A stretch of DNA of 64,000 bases from Octopus vulgaris. Taxonomy: Eukaryota. This document shows positions 50,541 through 64,000 of this stretch, one piece after another. Every line of letters begins with the position of its first letter. The first letter of the stretch is position 1. Position numbers and translations under genes: made by a program. Where the stretch lies: NCBI GenBank assembly GCA_951406725.2, contig OX597820.1, forward strand, positions 110,112,001 through 110,176,000. Direction: 5' to 3'. Under the pieces are notes generated by a model that did not search any database, was not told where the DNA came from, and saw only the letters and a program-made list of their open reading frames with translations.

Positions 50541-53500
50541 TTACTTTTTTTTTCTTCTTTCAAATTTGCTTCCATTTCTTGCCGAGTGTCTTCCCGACTC
50601 CTAGGGCAAAGAAACTCATAGTATACAATGGTAGGCCATTAAACCAAATTCAGTAGTTCGTTCATTTTTTTTTTTTTTTTTAAGTTAAATTAAAATACAT
50701 GAGCAGCAACAGTTCTCACATCGACAATGCTCTTCTCAATACGTGTGATGTACCAGTTAAGACAATCTTTTGCACTTCTTGCAGGGATGGTAAGCCAGGG
50801 ATCATTCTCATATAATTTTCGGTTCCCTTCTTGATCATTCCTAGTGCTCCTACGATCACTGGTATTGTAACCGCCTTGAGATGCCACATTTTCTCAATTT
50901 CAATGAGTAGGTCTTTATATTTTCTGAGCTTGTCAAACTCTTTCGCTGAGATATTATGATCACAGGGGATGCTCATGTCGATCAATAAGCAAACTTTATT
51001 GTTTTGGTCTTTCACAACAATATCTGGTTTATTGGCCTTGATGGTTCGGTCTGTATGTACTGGAAAGTCCCACAGAATGGTTACATTTTCTCCTTCAGTT
51101 ACAGCCTCAGGGTGGTGATTATACCACTTGTCGGCAGTTTTGATATTGTAATGCCGACTTATTAGCCAGTGGAGATATTGGCCAACTCTGTCATGTCTTA
51201 ATTTATACTCCACTGGTGCTAAGACTTTACATCCAGAGATTAGGTGGTCCACTGTTTCAATCATGTCGTTGCAGAATCGGCATTTTGGGTCTGCTCCATT
51301 TTTCATCACATTGGCCTGGTAGTTCCGGGTTAATAGGCTTTGATCTTGAGCAGCCAGGATGAAACCTTCGCTCTCTGCTTTTAGCCCTGAGCTCCGTAGC
51401 CACTGATGGGTTTGCTTCTGGTCAACATCAGCTTGTTTGCTGCGGGTCACATATTTGCCGTGCAGAGGTTTCTCCTCCCACCTATCAGCCAATTGCTCGT
51501 GCGCTTTTTTCATTGCCATCATTTTCACCTTCTTTGCAACAATAGTTGCCGTACTTCCCTCGGGTTGTTCAGTTTGGGTATCCTGCACGAGATCAATAGC
51601 AAATTTTTTGCTTTCCTTTATGATAGAATGAAGCTTCTTTCGTCTCTCGTGATTTTCCACGAGCTTTAGCATCCAGTCATTCGATATTTCGAGATATTTG
51701 GCCAGTCCAATTGTGGTTGTTTTGTAAGCTAGTTCAAATTGGATCAGGCCTCGACCTCCTTGGGCTCTGGGAAGGTAAAGGCGATCTACGTCTGCCTTTG
51801 GGTGGTGCATCCTATTACAACTCAGCAGCTTGCGTATTTTTCTATCTATATTCTTTACTTCACTCATATTCCAGTTCAACACATTGTAGCTATAAGTAAC
51901 AACTGGAACTGCTAAGGAATTTATAGCTAACACCTTGTTACGTGCATTTAGTTCAGATTTCAGGACTGCACGAACTCTCCTATAACATTCCTTCCTGATT
52001 TTCTCTTTCATGCTTGCATGCTGAATACCAGAGCCTTCATTTATCCCTAAATATTTGTATGTTTGTTCTTGCTCAAGCTCTCTTATGACTGTGTCAACAT
52101 CTAACACGACTGAATTTGTGGTCTTCACTTTCCCTTTCTGGAAAGTGGCCTTGGCACACTTCTCAAGTCCAAACTCCATCCCGATGTCATCGCTGAATGC
52201 TTTCACGGTGCGCAATAGGCCTTCAAGTTCATTATTGTCTTTACCATAAAGTTTTAAGTCATCCATATAAAATAGATGGCTTATTTTTTTATTGGCAATT
52301 TTATACCCATACCCTGTTCTGTTTAATTCACTTGTAAGGGGTATTAGGGCTATGCAGAATATTAAAGGTGAAAGTGAGTCACCTTGAAAAATTCCACAGT
52401 TGATGTTTATATTTTCTGAGGCAAGTACTCCATTAGAGTGGTATAATTGGAGATTCGTATTCCACAACGACATATTGTGCTTCAGGAAGTTTGAAATCAC
52501 AGGGAAATTTTGAAGATGTCCAGCGATCTCAAGATCCATGGATGCGGTATACTGTCGAAGGCCTTTTTATAGTCAATCCATGCGGTGCTGAGATTTCTGC
52601 GCTTGTTGTGACAGTTCTCAAGGATCATACGATTGATTAGCAGTTGATCTTTGCATCCGTAAGAGCCTCGGCGGCACCCTTTTTGTTCAATGGGGAAAAT
52701 ATCGTTCTTCTCCATGAATGCATATGTTTTCTCCGCCAGGATAGATGTTAGGATTTTATACGTGGTGGATAGACAGGTTATAGGCCGATAGTTTTTTGGA
52801 AGGTTGGTTTCGTTATTCTTTGGGAGTAGGTAAGTAATGCCACTTGCTAACCATTCAGGTGTTTTCTTTGGGTCTCTCATAATTCCATTGAGCAGCTGAA
52901 CTAGCTTACTGTGTGCGCATGGGAGCGATGCGAGCCAGAAATTCGGCACCCTATCTTTACCGGGGGATTTCCAATTATGGGCCTTCGTGAGTGCCTTTCT
53001 TAGGTCTGCTATTGTGATGTCTTCCCATGCTTGTTGTTGTAAATTTTGGTAGGATCCTTCAGTTTGTATAATCCAGTCTGCATTTATGTTGTACGTCTTC
53101 TTGTCACTCCAAATCCTTTTCCAAAAGTTTTGAACTTCTTCCATGGGAGGGGGTCTTTAACGGTTACTTTCTCCTTCCCTATTTCTCTGTAGAATTTTTT
53201 GGCATTGGATGTGAACAGCTTATTTTGCTTGTAAAACTTGTTTCTCTTCTCAAATCTTCGTATTCTTTGGGCTTTTGCTTGGACTTTTTGTTTCAGCGTT
53301 TCTTTTATTGATATCAGTTCTTCTCTTGGTGAGGATCCAAATTTTCTCTTCATCTTTCTTCCTGTTCTGGATCTTACATCATTTCCACATATTAGTTCAT
53401 TTAATATTGATATTTCCCCTCTCATAAATTCAATCTCTTTTTCAATTTTACTTCTCCAGGTTTGATTTCTTCCCAGGTTTGGTTTTCTTTGTTTTTTCGG

Positions 53501-54470
53501 GGGCATACAGCTGGTTTCAATTGCCCTAGCAGAAGCGTAAATAATTTCATTTAACTCAGTAAAATCAGGTTTTAATTCTCGTATTATTTCATTTGTTACA
53601 TAGTTGCCAATTTGGATTTGTTTTTTATTTTGGTTTGTATTTGAGAGTTTATGAAGTGGTTCTCTATCATTCATACTTGTATGTCTTACAACTTCAAGCG
53701 TATTCAGGATTTTCTGCCTCATTTCTGCCATAGACTCTCTGTGTTCTTCAGCAAATGCGAGATCTTCAGTTACTGTTGTTTTTTCGTTTTTCCTGGCTAT
53801 CTTTAACAGGTACAATAGAATTTCTTGTATCTTCAGGCCTTTGCGTACTTTGGTCAGATGGCAGTCTTTCAATTAAGCCTCGTGGCGGGCTATACTGTTC
53901 ATCTGATTCTTCATTTCCTTTGTGTCTTATATTTATGTCATTTTCCGTTGCGTGCTTGATCGCGCTTATTTCACTGTCTGTGAGTCTGTTATTTCTAAGG
54001 ATATCCCTCCTCACATTTGCTAATTTGTTCTCGTCCAAATAGGGCCTACTGTCTTGATTCCGTGTTCTCCATATACTGTAAGAGTTTGCGGTGTGTCTCT
54101 CTTGAGATGGCCTACCTAATGCATAGTAATAAGCGTATATTACTTCTTTATACTCTTCTCGGGTCCATTTGTTCCGCTTACATTTTTCTTTCTGTGGTGG
54201 TTGTGGTGGTGAACTTGGAGGGCTCGAGTTGGGGGATTTCCCGTTCAAGTGACCATCCATGTCCGTATTCGGAGAAGAGTTTGTGCCAGTTGATGACTTT
54301 TCGATCCCAGGCTGGCTCTTCCCTGGGGGACGCGCTTCCAGATTAACCATAGGACAAGCGATTTGGTATACTGATTTAGTTTTCCTTTTAGTTTCCAAAA
54401 ACATTTTGGTGCTACGATAATGTTATCATTTTTTAGCTTTGATTGGCTCGTGGGGAGACGGCCATCATTG
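50541..54470 (-). mobile_element. Near-intact R4/Dong-clade non-LTR retrotransposon (RT + CCHC + restriction-like endonuclease)
   Basis: NYRPITCL, WIDYKKAFDS, GIFQGDSLSPL, YMDD; zinc knuckle CRFC..ETVDHLISGC; PDIV..IDMSIP..K RLE motif; A-rich tail running into (TAA)n. Confidence 0.92.
50716..54404 (-). CDS. R4/Dong polyprotein (~1230 codons), split by three single-base frameshifts
   Basis: Overlapping ORFs 53766-54404, 53084-53872, 52497-53144 and 50716-52539. Confidence 0.85.
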
Positions 54471-54849
54471 CCGTTACAATTATAATCGTACCATTATAGC
54501 AGCCGTAGTCGGCTTATTATTGTTATTATCATCACCATTACCATCACTATCATCATTATCACCACCATTACCATCATCATTATCATCATCACCATCACCA
54601 TCACCACCATCATCATCAATGATATTGTTTTATGTGTAGTCACAGCAGTATCTTATTATTGTTATTTTTGTTTTTTTCATTATCACCATCACAGTAGTGT
54701 CTGTCTGTCTCGTTGGCTGGCTTGGTGGTTGGCTGGCTGACTGTCTTCAACACCAGAGTTCTTGCCTGTCAAATAATACTTTCTTTGTGTTGGTTGAACT
54801 CTTTGAGTGTGTGTGTGTGTAGATAGATAGATAGATTATCAGCACTATT

Positions 54850-56035
54850 ACTATCATTATTATCATCATCACCGTCAGTGATTTTTTTTTTTCTTCTTTT
54901 TTTTAGGTGGGGTCCTATAGGTCAAAAAAAGTTCAGATGTTTACTACTATTAGGCTTAAGAAAAATTAAGGAAGGGCTGTTCTGTATTGTTTGTGAATAG
55001 AGAAGTTGTGTTCGACCAGAGAGAATCTTAGCATCATCATTTTTTTTCCATGTGCGTTTGTGTTATTGCAATAAAACGTGTTTGTATATTTCCTGTAAGG
55101 TAATATTGTGGAGGTTGAAGTTGACTTTTCTAGAGATGTTTGTATGTCCAGTTAGAAGAACAGGTGTGTTTTTACAATAAAAAGTATATGTTTACATTTA
55201 TATTTGAATATTCAGGGAGGAAGCAAAGAAAAGTCAGATTTTCATAGAAAGTTTTAGGGTTTTGTAAGTCCACAAAAAGAAAAGCGTGATGTTTTTAGAG
55301 AGAAGAAAAAAAGAAAAAAAAGGATGTTTACAGAGGCAATTGTGGGTATCAAAGTTTTTAAAGCTGGTCGAATGTATGATTGAAAACTGTAGATATGTAA
55401 ATTTGTAAATTTTCTTAACTTATTTTGAAGGGCTGTTCTGTATTATTTGTGAATAGAGAAGCTGTGTTCGACCAGATAGAATCTTAGCATCATTATTTTT
55501 TCCATGTGCGTTTGTGTTATTGCAATAAAAAGTGTTTGTATATTTCATGCAAGGTAATATTGTGGAGGTTGAAGTTGACCCCTCTAGAGATGTTTGTATG
55601 TCCAGTTAGAAGAACAGGTGTGTTTTTGCAATAAAGAGTATATGTTTACATTTGTATTTGAATATTCTGGGAGGAAGCAAAGAAAAGTCAGATTTTCATA
55701 GAAAGTTTTAGGGTTTTGCAAGTCCACAAAAAGAAAAGCGTGATGTTTTTAGAGAGGAGAAAAAAAAAGGGTGCTTACAGAGGCAGTTGTGGGTATTAAA
55801 GTTTTTAAAGCCGATCGGATGTATGTTTGAAAGCTGCAGATATGTAAATTTGTAAATTTCTTAACCCACTTTGAAGAGAATTTCAAATACTCACGAGGTA
55901 TTGTAGATGTTCCAGTCTTTGAGAGTTATTTTTCCCTGTTGCTAAACTGGCCCATATTAGTGTTTCTATGGCTTTCAGCCACCGAACTGTCAGAGCAGTG
56001 AGGAACAGCCGCTGTCAAGGCTGGCGCTCTTCTTT
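54850..56035 (-). mobile_element. 5'-truncated non-LTR fragment (possibly L1/Tx1-like) with an internal ~456-bp tandem duplication
   Basis: 54971-55426 is duplicated at 55427-55875; homologous to 5930-6580; FLTALTVRWLKA near the 5' end. Confidence 0.45.
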
Positions 56036-56039
56036 TTAT

Positions 56040-56179
56040 TATTATTATTATTATTATTATTTTATTATTATTATTATTATTACTATTATTATTATTATTA
56101 TTGTTATTATTATTATTACTTATATTGTTATCATTATTATTTTTATTGTTGTTGTTGTTAACACTAATTGCAGTATTTC

Positions 56180-56210
<31 letters not shown>

Positions 56211-58870
56211 TATGTTTATATTACTTATATTATTTTTTCTACTTAGATAGAAATTGTCAAGTTTTCTATTGTTAATTGAGGATATGATGGTAGCTAGGTT
56301 ATGTGTTAGACTGTATCCTATTCTTATTGTTTTTTTTTCCTTTTTCAAAATGTTTATTAATTATATTGAAAATAATTTTACTATGTTGTTTTTCATTTAC
56401 ATAGCGAAAGGGATTATTAACCATAAAGTATCTGTCTCATTATTTTCCTTTTAAGGGTTTCTTATATTATGTCAAAATTCACTGTTGTTATTCTTATTTT
56501 TATATTTAATAGTATTCTTTTTGTTATAATTATTTCTATTATTACTAAAGATTTCATTATTGTTTTTGTTATTATAATTGTTGTTGTTGTTATTCTGTCT
56601 ATTATTATTATTATTATCATTATTATGGGTTGTCCAATCTTATTTATAATATTTCTATTTTTTATTTTTATTATTATTGTTGTTATTTTTATTTTTATTT
56701 GTGGTAATGTTATATTTGTCTAAACTAAGTATTAAAGTTAATATTATTGGGGATGTATTTGATTTTACCTTTATAGCCTGCATTTTGTAATGCTTTATTG
56801 TATTTTTCCTCATGCTTTTTAAATATCTCTTCATTAGAAGATAGGTGTGAAATTCTTTTACTTATATTTAGTAGCAGGGTTTTTTTATTTGCAGTGGGTG
56901 TTTACTAGAATTGTTTATATATTTTAGATTAGAATTTTCTTTTGCATAAGGTTCATGGAGTCCAGTATTAAGGTTACAATTTACATCTAAATAGTTTATA
57001 GAATAATTTTCATTTTCAATAGTTATGGTCTATTAAAGAATTTATGTAAACACTTTTTAAGGATTTTGAGATGTCTATTCGAAAGGTTCTTAACTAGGAA
57101 TAATGTGTCATCTCTATATAGACCTCCAGTTAATTCCGGGAATTCTCTACCTACATTGTCTAATAAATAAAGACCTACCAGGTCAGTCATTTCCGCTGAG
57201 TCTAGCAATCCCATTGTAATACCAAAGAGATTTGGTGTGTCTTTTCTTGCCCATATTTGTTATCAAATTCAATAACAGTTTTGCGGGCAGTAAGTATTAC
57301 TTTTATTTCTCTCATACTTAGATTAGTGTATCTCTTTGCGAAGATGAGAGCACTATTAAGGACTACAGGGTTTATAGAAGCATAATAATTTTGTATATCA
57401 ATTTGAATTAATTTTTGGTTATGCCCATTTCCTATCTGTATACTGGAAAACCAATCTAATGCACCTTGTGTGTTTTTCCATAAACTGAGTTTAACTTTAT
57501 TTTCTGATTATAGGTAGGTATTTATCTAATAATATTTTACTCAATTTACCTGATTTATTGGGACAAATTAGCCTAACCTGTGTTTTGTTAGGGAAATTCT
57601 CCTTATGGTCCTTAATTGTTATACGTGGTCTTATAGGAGCAAATGGTTCAGTTTTTTCACCTAAATTAAAATCTAACATAATATTTCTAGCTTCTAGGTT
57701 TATCTTTGTTAGTGCAGCATTAGGTACAACCCTATATTTTTTGTTATTTCCCTATATAATAGTTCATGGTATGCGTAGGTGTCAATATTATATATGTTTC
57801 CAGTTTTATCAGAATGTGTTAAAATACCATTTTTGTTATCAAATGTTCTTATAAGTTCTTTCAATTTTCTCTGGTAAGGATTGTGTCTGAGTGGATGGTT
57901 CTTAAACTTGGTGTTTTTTATGGTACTCCAAAGATCTTGTTCAAAGTTATCCAGGTGTTTGTAAGCTGGTGGTGCTTTTCTAGATTTGAATGTATGTTTG
58001 GTAAGTTCCAGTATTTCTTCATAGTTATTATTATTATTTCTAGTGTAGTTTGTTGTAAGTTTCAGAGTCCAACTGGGTGAGTTTCTTTTCATGAAGATAT
58101 ATTCTCCAACGAATTCTATGAATAAATTCATTTATCCTAAAGATTAATTCCTTAATATATGTGCCTTTAGGTGAGATAGGTATGTTCTTCAGTGATGAGT
58201 CCATCTTTATCAACTCCATTTTTCCAGCAGTATTCATTTTGAGTACCATACTCATGTGTACTCACTATCATAAGCAATGTTATAAATAATGTAGAGATAG
58301 CTTATACACATATAAGTATTAGTAATAGATAGTCCTAATTTAATTATTGTTTAACTCCAAGAAAGTTAGAGGTTGTGAATCCAACCCACTAAGGGATAAT
58401 ATCTATCCAATATACTGCTGGTAGAATACCCAATTATTAATACACAAGTGTTTTTTATTGCATTGAAATTATATTACCTAGTGTACTAAATGGGTGAAGG
58501 TAAAGAGATATTTTACCATTAATTTATATAGCAATAAGAAAATGGAGGAAATCAATAGGTGGTTCATCAACTTTTAGACATTATATTATGTTAACTTATT
58601 TATTTATTTACTAAACTGATAATTACAATAATATACATACATATAACATATTATGCTTTACATGTATGATATAAAATATAGTAATATATAAGGATACCAG
58701 TAATTATTATAAAATAACAAACATGAATATAAATTGGGAAAATAACTTACAGCTGTTTCTGCCAAGTGGTAAGAATATCTCATTTTACCTTTATTACTCA
58801 AGTGGAGTGAAGTAACAGGTAGATAAAAATGAGGTACTTGGGTATATCTCTAGGCTTTGTCAGGGATTAT
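56040..58870 (-). mobile_element. Penelope-like element, 5' half (N-terminus, RT, Asn-rich linker)
   Basis: SLKNIPISPKGTYIKELIFRINEFIHRIRWR, SDKTGNIY, RITIKDHKENF..VRLICP, TMGLLDSAEMTDLVGLY, GLYRDD; (AAT)n-rich linker at 56040-56720. Confidence 0.85.
58741..58870 (-). ncRNA. Putative degenerate type I hammerhead ribozyme with extended stem II
   Basis: Minus strand CTGACAA-(~95-nt hairpin)-GAAACAGCTGTA, upstream of the Penelope ORF. Confidence 0.5.
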
Positions 58871-59599
58871 AAAGTACATAATGTTAAGTTATAAATAAAT
58901 ATAAATATAAAATAAATAAAAATACACATACATTTGAATACTTATATATATATATATAGATATACATATACATACATATATATAGATATACATAAATACC
59001 TATATATATATACTGAAATATACATACATATTTGCATATATATATATATATATATATATATTAATTACTGGTGAAGGCCAGTTTATAGGGTTACCTTGGG
59101 TTTCTCACCATAAAGATATAGCATATCTTCAGACCTTAAGACCTGTTGGCTTATGACCTCTTTAAATTATAGAGGGGGAAATGATACAGATATAAACAAT
59201 GGAGATTATCTCCCTTTGGTGCTGTTCATCAGCCTCTGTCTGTGTCATCCTCCTTCAGTGATGCCACCTATTGCTATGAGGATAAAAGGTAGGGGGTTAC
59301 CCCCTACTCTCATCAGCAATCAATTTCCAGCTGTGGTGTAATTATCGCTAATACCACTATTATTGCTATTATGCAGTTTCCAAAATGCTAACAGGAATCT
59401 CCTGAAATGCAAGTATGGCCCATCATCACACATACGTATATACACATTCATGCACATACACGCATATGCACAAATGTATTAGTACATATGTTTACATATA
59501 CGTTTACAGATACACACACATACGCACACACACACACACACACAAACATATATAGAGAGGGAGACATATAAATACATTTACACTATTTTTATTCTTCAC

Positions 59600-60255
59600 T
59601 CCTAAGAAGAAATTGATATAGATCCATATTGGTCAGTTAATTTTGTATTGTTATTTTTACCGTATAGCATTTCTAAGACATTTTCAAAGATTTTATATAA
59701 GTACGTAGGTACTGGATTTATATAACTAAAAATTGTCAGTTATAGTATGAATAAAATACAATACTTGTGTTGAATCTGTGGAATCTGTTGATTCATCCAA
59801 AGCTCATGAGCAATATACATTTTCTTTTTGGATATTTTTCAGTTGCTCTGTCGATCTGTATTAGTCCTTCTTGAAAGAGGCACCTCTTTATATTTGTTAA
59901 CTTTATCTGCATCGCTGAATGGCTTACATTTTCCAAGCAAATATGCAACTTTATAACTGTCTTCTGTCGTAGCATTCCCTTGATGGAACACAGATTGGAA
60001 AAATTGTCTTTGTTTTTGTTTCCCATCTTTCAATTTCTGCAATGCTATCTTTCACGACTCACCCTCTAATTTGGCATATTTATTGTCTTTATAAAGAGCA
60101 TAATGTTGCTGTGCATTGAATTTTTTAACCTTCACAATTGCAGTATCACAAAACAAGCAACATATTTTGCCTCCACTTCATTGAAGATCCTCTTTTCTTC
60201 TTTCAAATTGTGGTTGAAACCTTTTGGATTAACTAGTGCTAGAGTGAGCCATATA
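59600..60255 (-). mobile_element. hAT (SPIN/GTF2IRD2-like) transposase N-terminal relic
   Basis: CLFC..KKFNAQQHY, SYKVAYLLGK.KPFSD, VPLSRRT, ALDESTD. Confidence 0.7.
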
Positions 60256-60399
60256 GTGACCACTCTCTTATATTTATTTTGTAAAAATGTTATAATATAT
60301 TATAAAATATTATAATAATCCAGGTTTCTCGAGCACTACGCCACTTGGTGTTGAATGGATATACTATTAAATTAGTATCTAATTCTCTCACCCTTATTA

Positions 60400-61312
<913 letters not shown>

Positions 61313-61566
61313 TGATTGATTGATTGATTCTAGTTTCAACTTAAGAGCTGTGGCCATGCTGGGGCACCGCCATTTGGTGTTGCTACTTGGTTTCACTTCA
61401 TGAAGGCTATCTAGCAACTGCTATTTGGTGCATGAGAGAGGTCGATGCAGCTGCCCTCATCTGCCCCTCCTGCCGTGAAGTTGGTTCATCTGGGACACCT
61501 GACAGGAAGAGATCCAGCTTCATTTTAAAGACATCTGTATCCACCGCATACAGGTCTCTGCATATA
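61313..61566 (-). mobile_element. CR1/L2-group LINE 3' end with (ATCA)n tail, cut by the gap
   Basis: RDLYAVDTDVFKMKLDLFLSGVPDEP..RAAASTSL; tail TGATTGATTGATT. Confidence 0.7.
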
Positions 61567-61666
61567 NNNNNNNNNNNNNNNNNNNNNNNNNNNNNNNNNN
61601 NNNNNNNNNNNNNNNNNNNNNNNNNNNNNNNNNNNNNNNNNNNNNNNNNNNNNNNNNNNNNNNNNN
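61567..61666. other. Assembly gap (100 N)
   Basis: Run of N. Confidence 1.
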
Positions 61667-61712
61667 ATCCTGAAAACATAAATACACAGATAAATAAACT
61701 AATAGAAATAAA

Positions 61713-61761
<49 letters not shown>

Positions 61762-62377
61762 GTATATTTTTTTTATTTCTATTTTTTTTTAAATTAAAAT
61801 TTTTTTTTCGATGTATTTTTTTTTTCGATATATATATATACTTTTTGGGGGATTCGATTTATTATTATTATTACTAGTATTGTTGTTATACATACAAGCA
61901 TATGTAATGATAATAATAAGTGGATGTAAACACATGAACAAAATAAGAATAAACAAAACAACAAAAACAAAATACAAATTACATGAACATATATAAACAG
62001 AAGATACAAATATTACAGGCATCCCCCCACATACACACACTAAATAAACATAAACGCATATAGAGATATAAGCATGCGCAAATGAAGACATACAATAGAA
62101 ATACAAAATGGCTGATGGTTAGTAAGGAGAGACACAAATAAGAAAGAAGAAAACAAAGGACCACTGATGCGGTCACAGGAGTGTGACGAAAGAACTCTGG
62201 CCAAAATAAGATTAAGATTAATGTAAAAAATAAATAACCCTGAAGCAAAATAACACCAAATATATAGTGCGTGTGTTTTTATTGGCTAAACTGGCAAAAT
62301 GACCATTCCGAAATATAACAATATCTGTTTCAACACACGACTTCACATAAAAAATCTTGCACAACAAATATTTAAAC

Positions 62378-62419
<42 letters not shown>

Positions 62420-62420
<1 letters not shown>

Positions 62421-63240
62421 AGTAGGTGAATGAATTATTCTATGTTTATCGTCAGCATGGAAAATTTGTTTAACCGAAACCTGGGTAGCAAATTCACGTC
62501 AGAAAACACGGTTGAAGCGACCTGTCAAGGGTAGAAACTCCGGGTTCATGTGTAGAAATTTGTGTGTTGTATATGAATAAATGAAAGAATGGAGTCGAAC
62601 GAAGATGTTAACAAAATTCCTTTACTCTCGACAGCATATTTTCATTCCGAAGGAATAAAGGGTGCATTATGCAATCTTCTCATCAGGAAAGAAAGAGAGT
62701 CTCTCTCGACAACAAGATAAACAAAATTTCAATGATTGCCTACATGGTAAACAAGGCGATAATGAGTGTTTTTTTTAAAAAATCCGTTAGAAGAATTGAC
62801 GTCAAAAATGGATAGTAGGAGGAAGAAAAGGGATAAAGTAATAATAGGTAGGGGACAGTATGCTTGCTGTATGTATGGAAATGTGTGGGTGTGTGCTTGT
62901 GTTAATGAGTGCGTGTGTTTGTGTGTGTGTGTGTATGTGTGTGTGTATAATTGCATTTGTGTCTGTGTGTGTGTGAGAGAGAGACAGCCGTCAAAGATAG
63001 ATAGTAGTAAGGGAAGGTATAAAGGAGTAATAGGTAGGGAACAAGTGGAGAGGGAAGTGTACGTTGATTGAAAGAATGTTCGAAGGCTTTCAATGAAAGA
63101 GGTTTCTTTATTTAAATGTTCTTCTGAAGAGATCGTTTATTTGCACTGGTAGAAGGGGAAGATTGTGAAATTTGGTTTGATGTTATCTGCATGTCTTTCT
63201 ATATGTTCACTGAGAGGAATTTGCCTGTATTGCGTATGCA
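62420..63240 (-). mobile_element. Penelope-like 3' end/pseudo-LTR
   Basis: Minus strand [27 protein letters not shown] resembles the C-terminus of Penelope GIY-YIG; a hammerhead-like motif follows; flanked by (TA)n. Confidence 0.6.
62619..62697 (-). ncRNA. Putative hammerhead-ribozyme-like motif
   Basis: Minus strand CTCTTTCTTTC-CTGATGA-..-GAAA-ATATGCT-GTC-GAGAGTAAAGG; stem I can pair, stem III is imperfect. Confidence 0.45.
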
Positions 63241-63404
63241 TATCTATATATGTGTGTGTATGTATATATATGTGTATATATATATGTATGTGTATATGTA
63301 TATATATGTATGTATATGTATATATATATATGTATGTATATATATGTATATATATATGTGTATATATATATATATGTATGTATATATATATATGTGTGTG
63401 TGTG

Positions 63405-63445
<41 letters not shown>

Positions 63446-63573
63446 TGTGATCATGTGACCGACCAGACCATCAGATGTTGCTACACATTGCTGGTCACAA
63501 TGCGTTCGCATTGTTTTAGCCTTCGAATGACGCTACCCCACTGGCTAAGCGAGCAGGCCAATATATATATATA

Positions 63574-63853
63574 CTAGCAAATGATCCCTACCCCCATCCA
63601 TTGGACAGTTTGTATAGGTGAAGAGGGTTAACTTGGACAGTGTTATGGACAGGCCATAAGGATTAAAAAAATAACAATTCTCACTTTGAAACCAATAATT
63701 TTGAAAATCTTTTTAGATTACAGAACATGAGTATTCTCATTACATGAGTATTCTCATGTATCCATGTTTTAAATTTCAGCGTGATCGAATGAACAATACT
63801 CAAGTTATAAGCACACAAAAAACAGACAGACAGAACAGGATTTATATATTAGA
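63574..63853 (-). mobile_element. Short non-autonomous Helitron-like element
   Basis: Minus strand A|TCTAATATATAAATCC..TCTGTCTGTCTG...TTTGCTAG|T. Confidence 0.7.
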
Positions 63854-64000
63854 TGAGCCAATGAGGGTGACCTGTACATGGTAGCCAGACCTGGTACAAA
63901 TAACAGCCAAATCTCCCTCAAATCATATCTTACTGTCTTATGTATGTATATATGTATGTATGAGCCAATAAGGGAGACCTCTACATGGTAGCTAGATCTG

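Noticed and set aside
59066-59152. CTGGTGAAGGCC..TTGGC as another hammerhead relic
   Set aside because: The core is mutated and no GAAA follows

Overview
This is AT-rich eukaryotic (animal) DNA made up almost entirely of nested transposable elements and microsatellites. The SINE family and (TA)n load suggest a cephalopod such as Octopus, which is an inference. The only host-gene sequence I can support is one 112-bp + strand exon (35988-36099) whose translation fits the extracellular TM3-TM4 loop of an SLC1/EAAT glutamate transporter, so the rest of the window is probably giant intron. Retroelements: a full-length CR1-group LINE, several PHD-finger RTE LINEs, a BovB-like RTE, a near-intact R4/Dong restriction-like-endonuclease LINE, many Penelope-like (GIY-YIG) relics with hammerhead-ribozyme-like motifs, and tRNA-derived SINEs. 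DNA transposons: three mariners, a Tc1 end, two hAT relics, piggyBac MITEs, a Chapaev-like relic and Helitrons, one carrying 23-aa STPR-like repeats. Most short ORFs in the track are microsatellite or antisense artefacts. Family names come from recognised motifs, not database searches.
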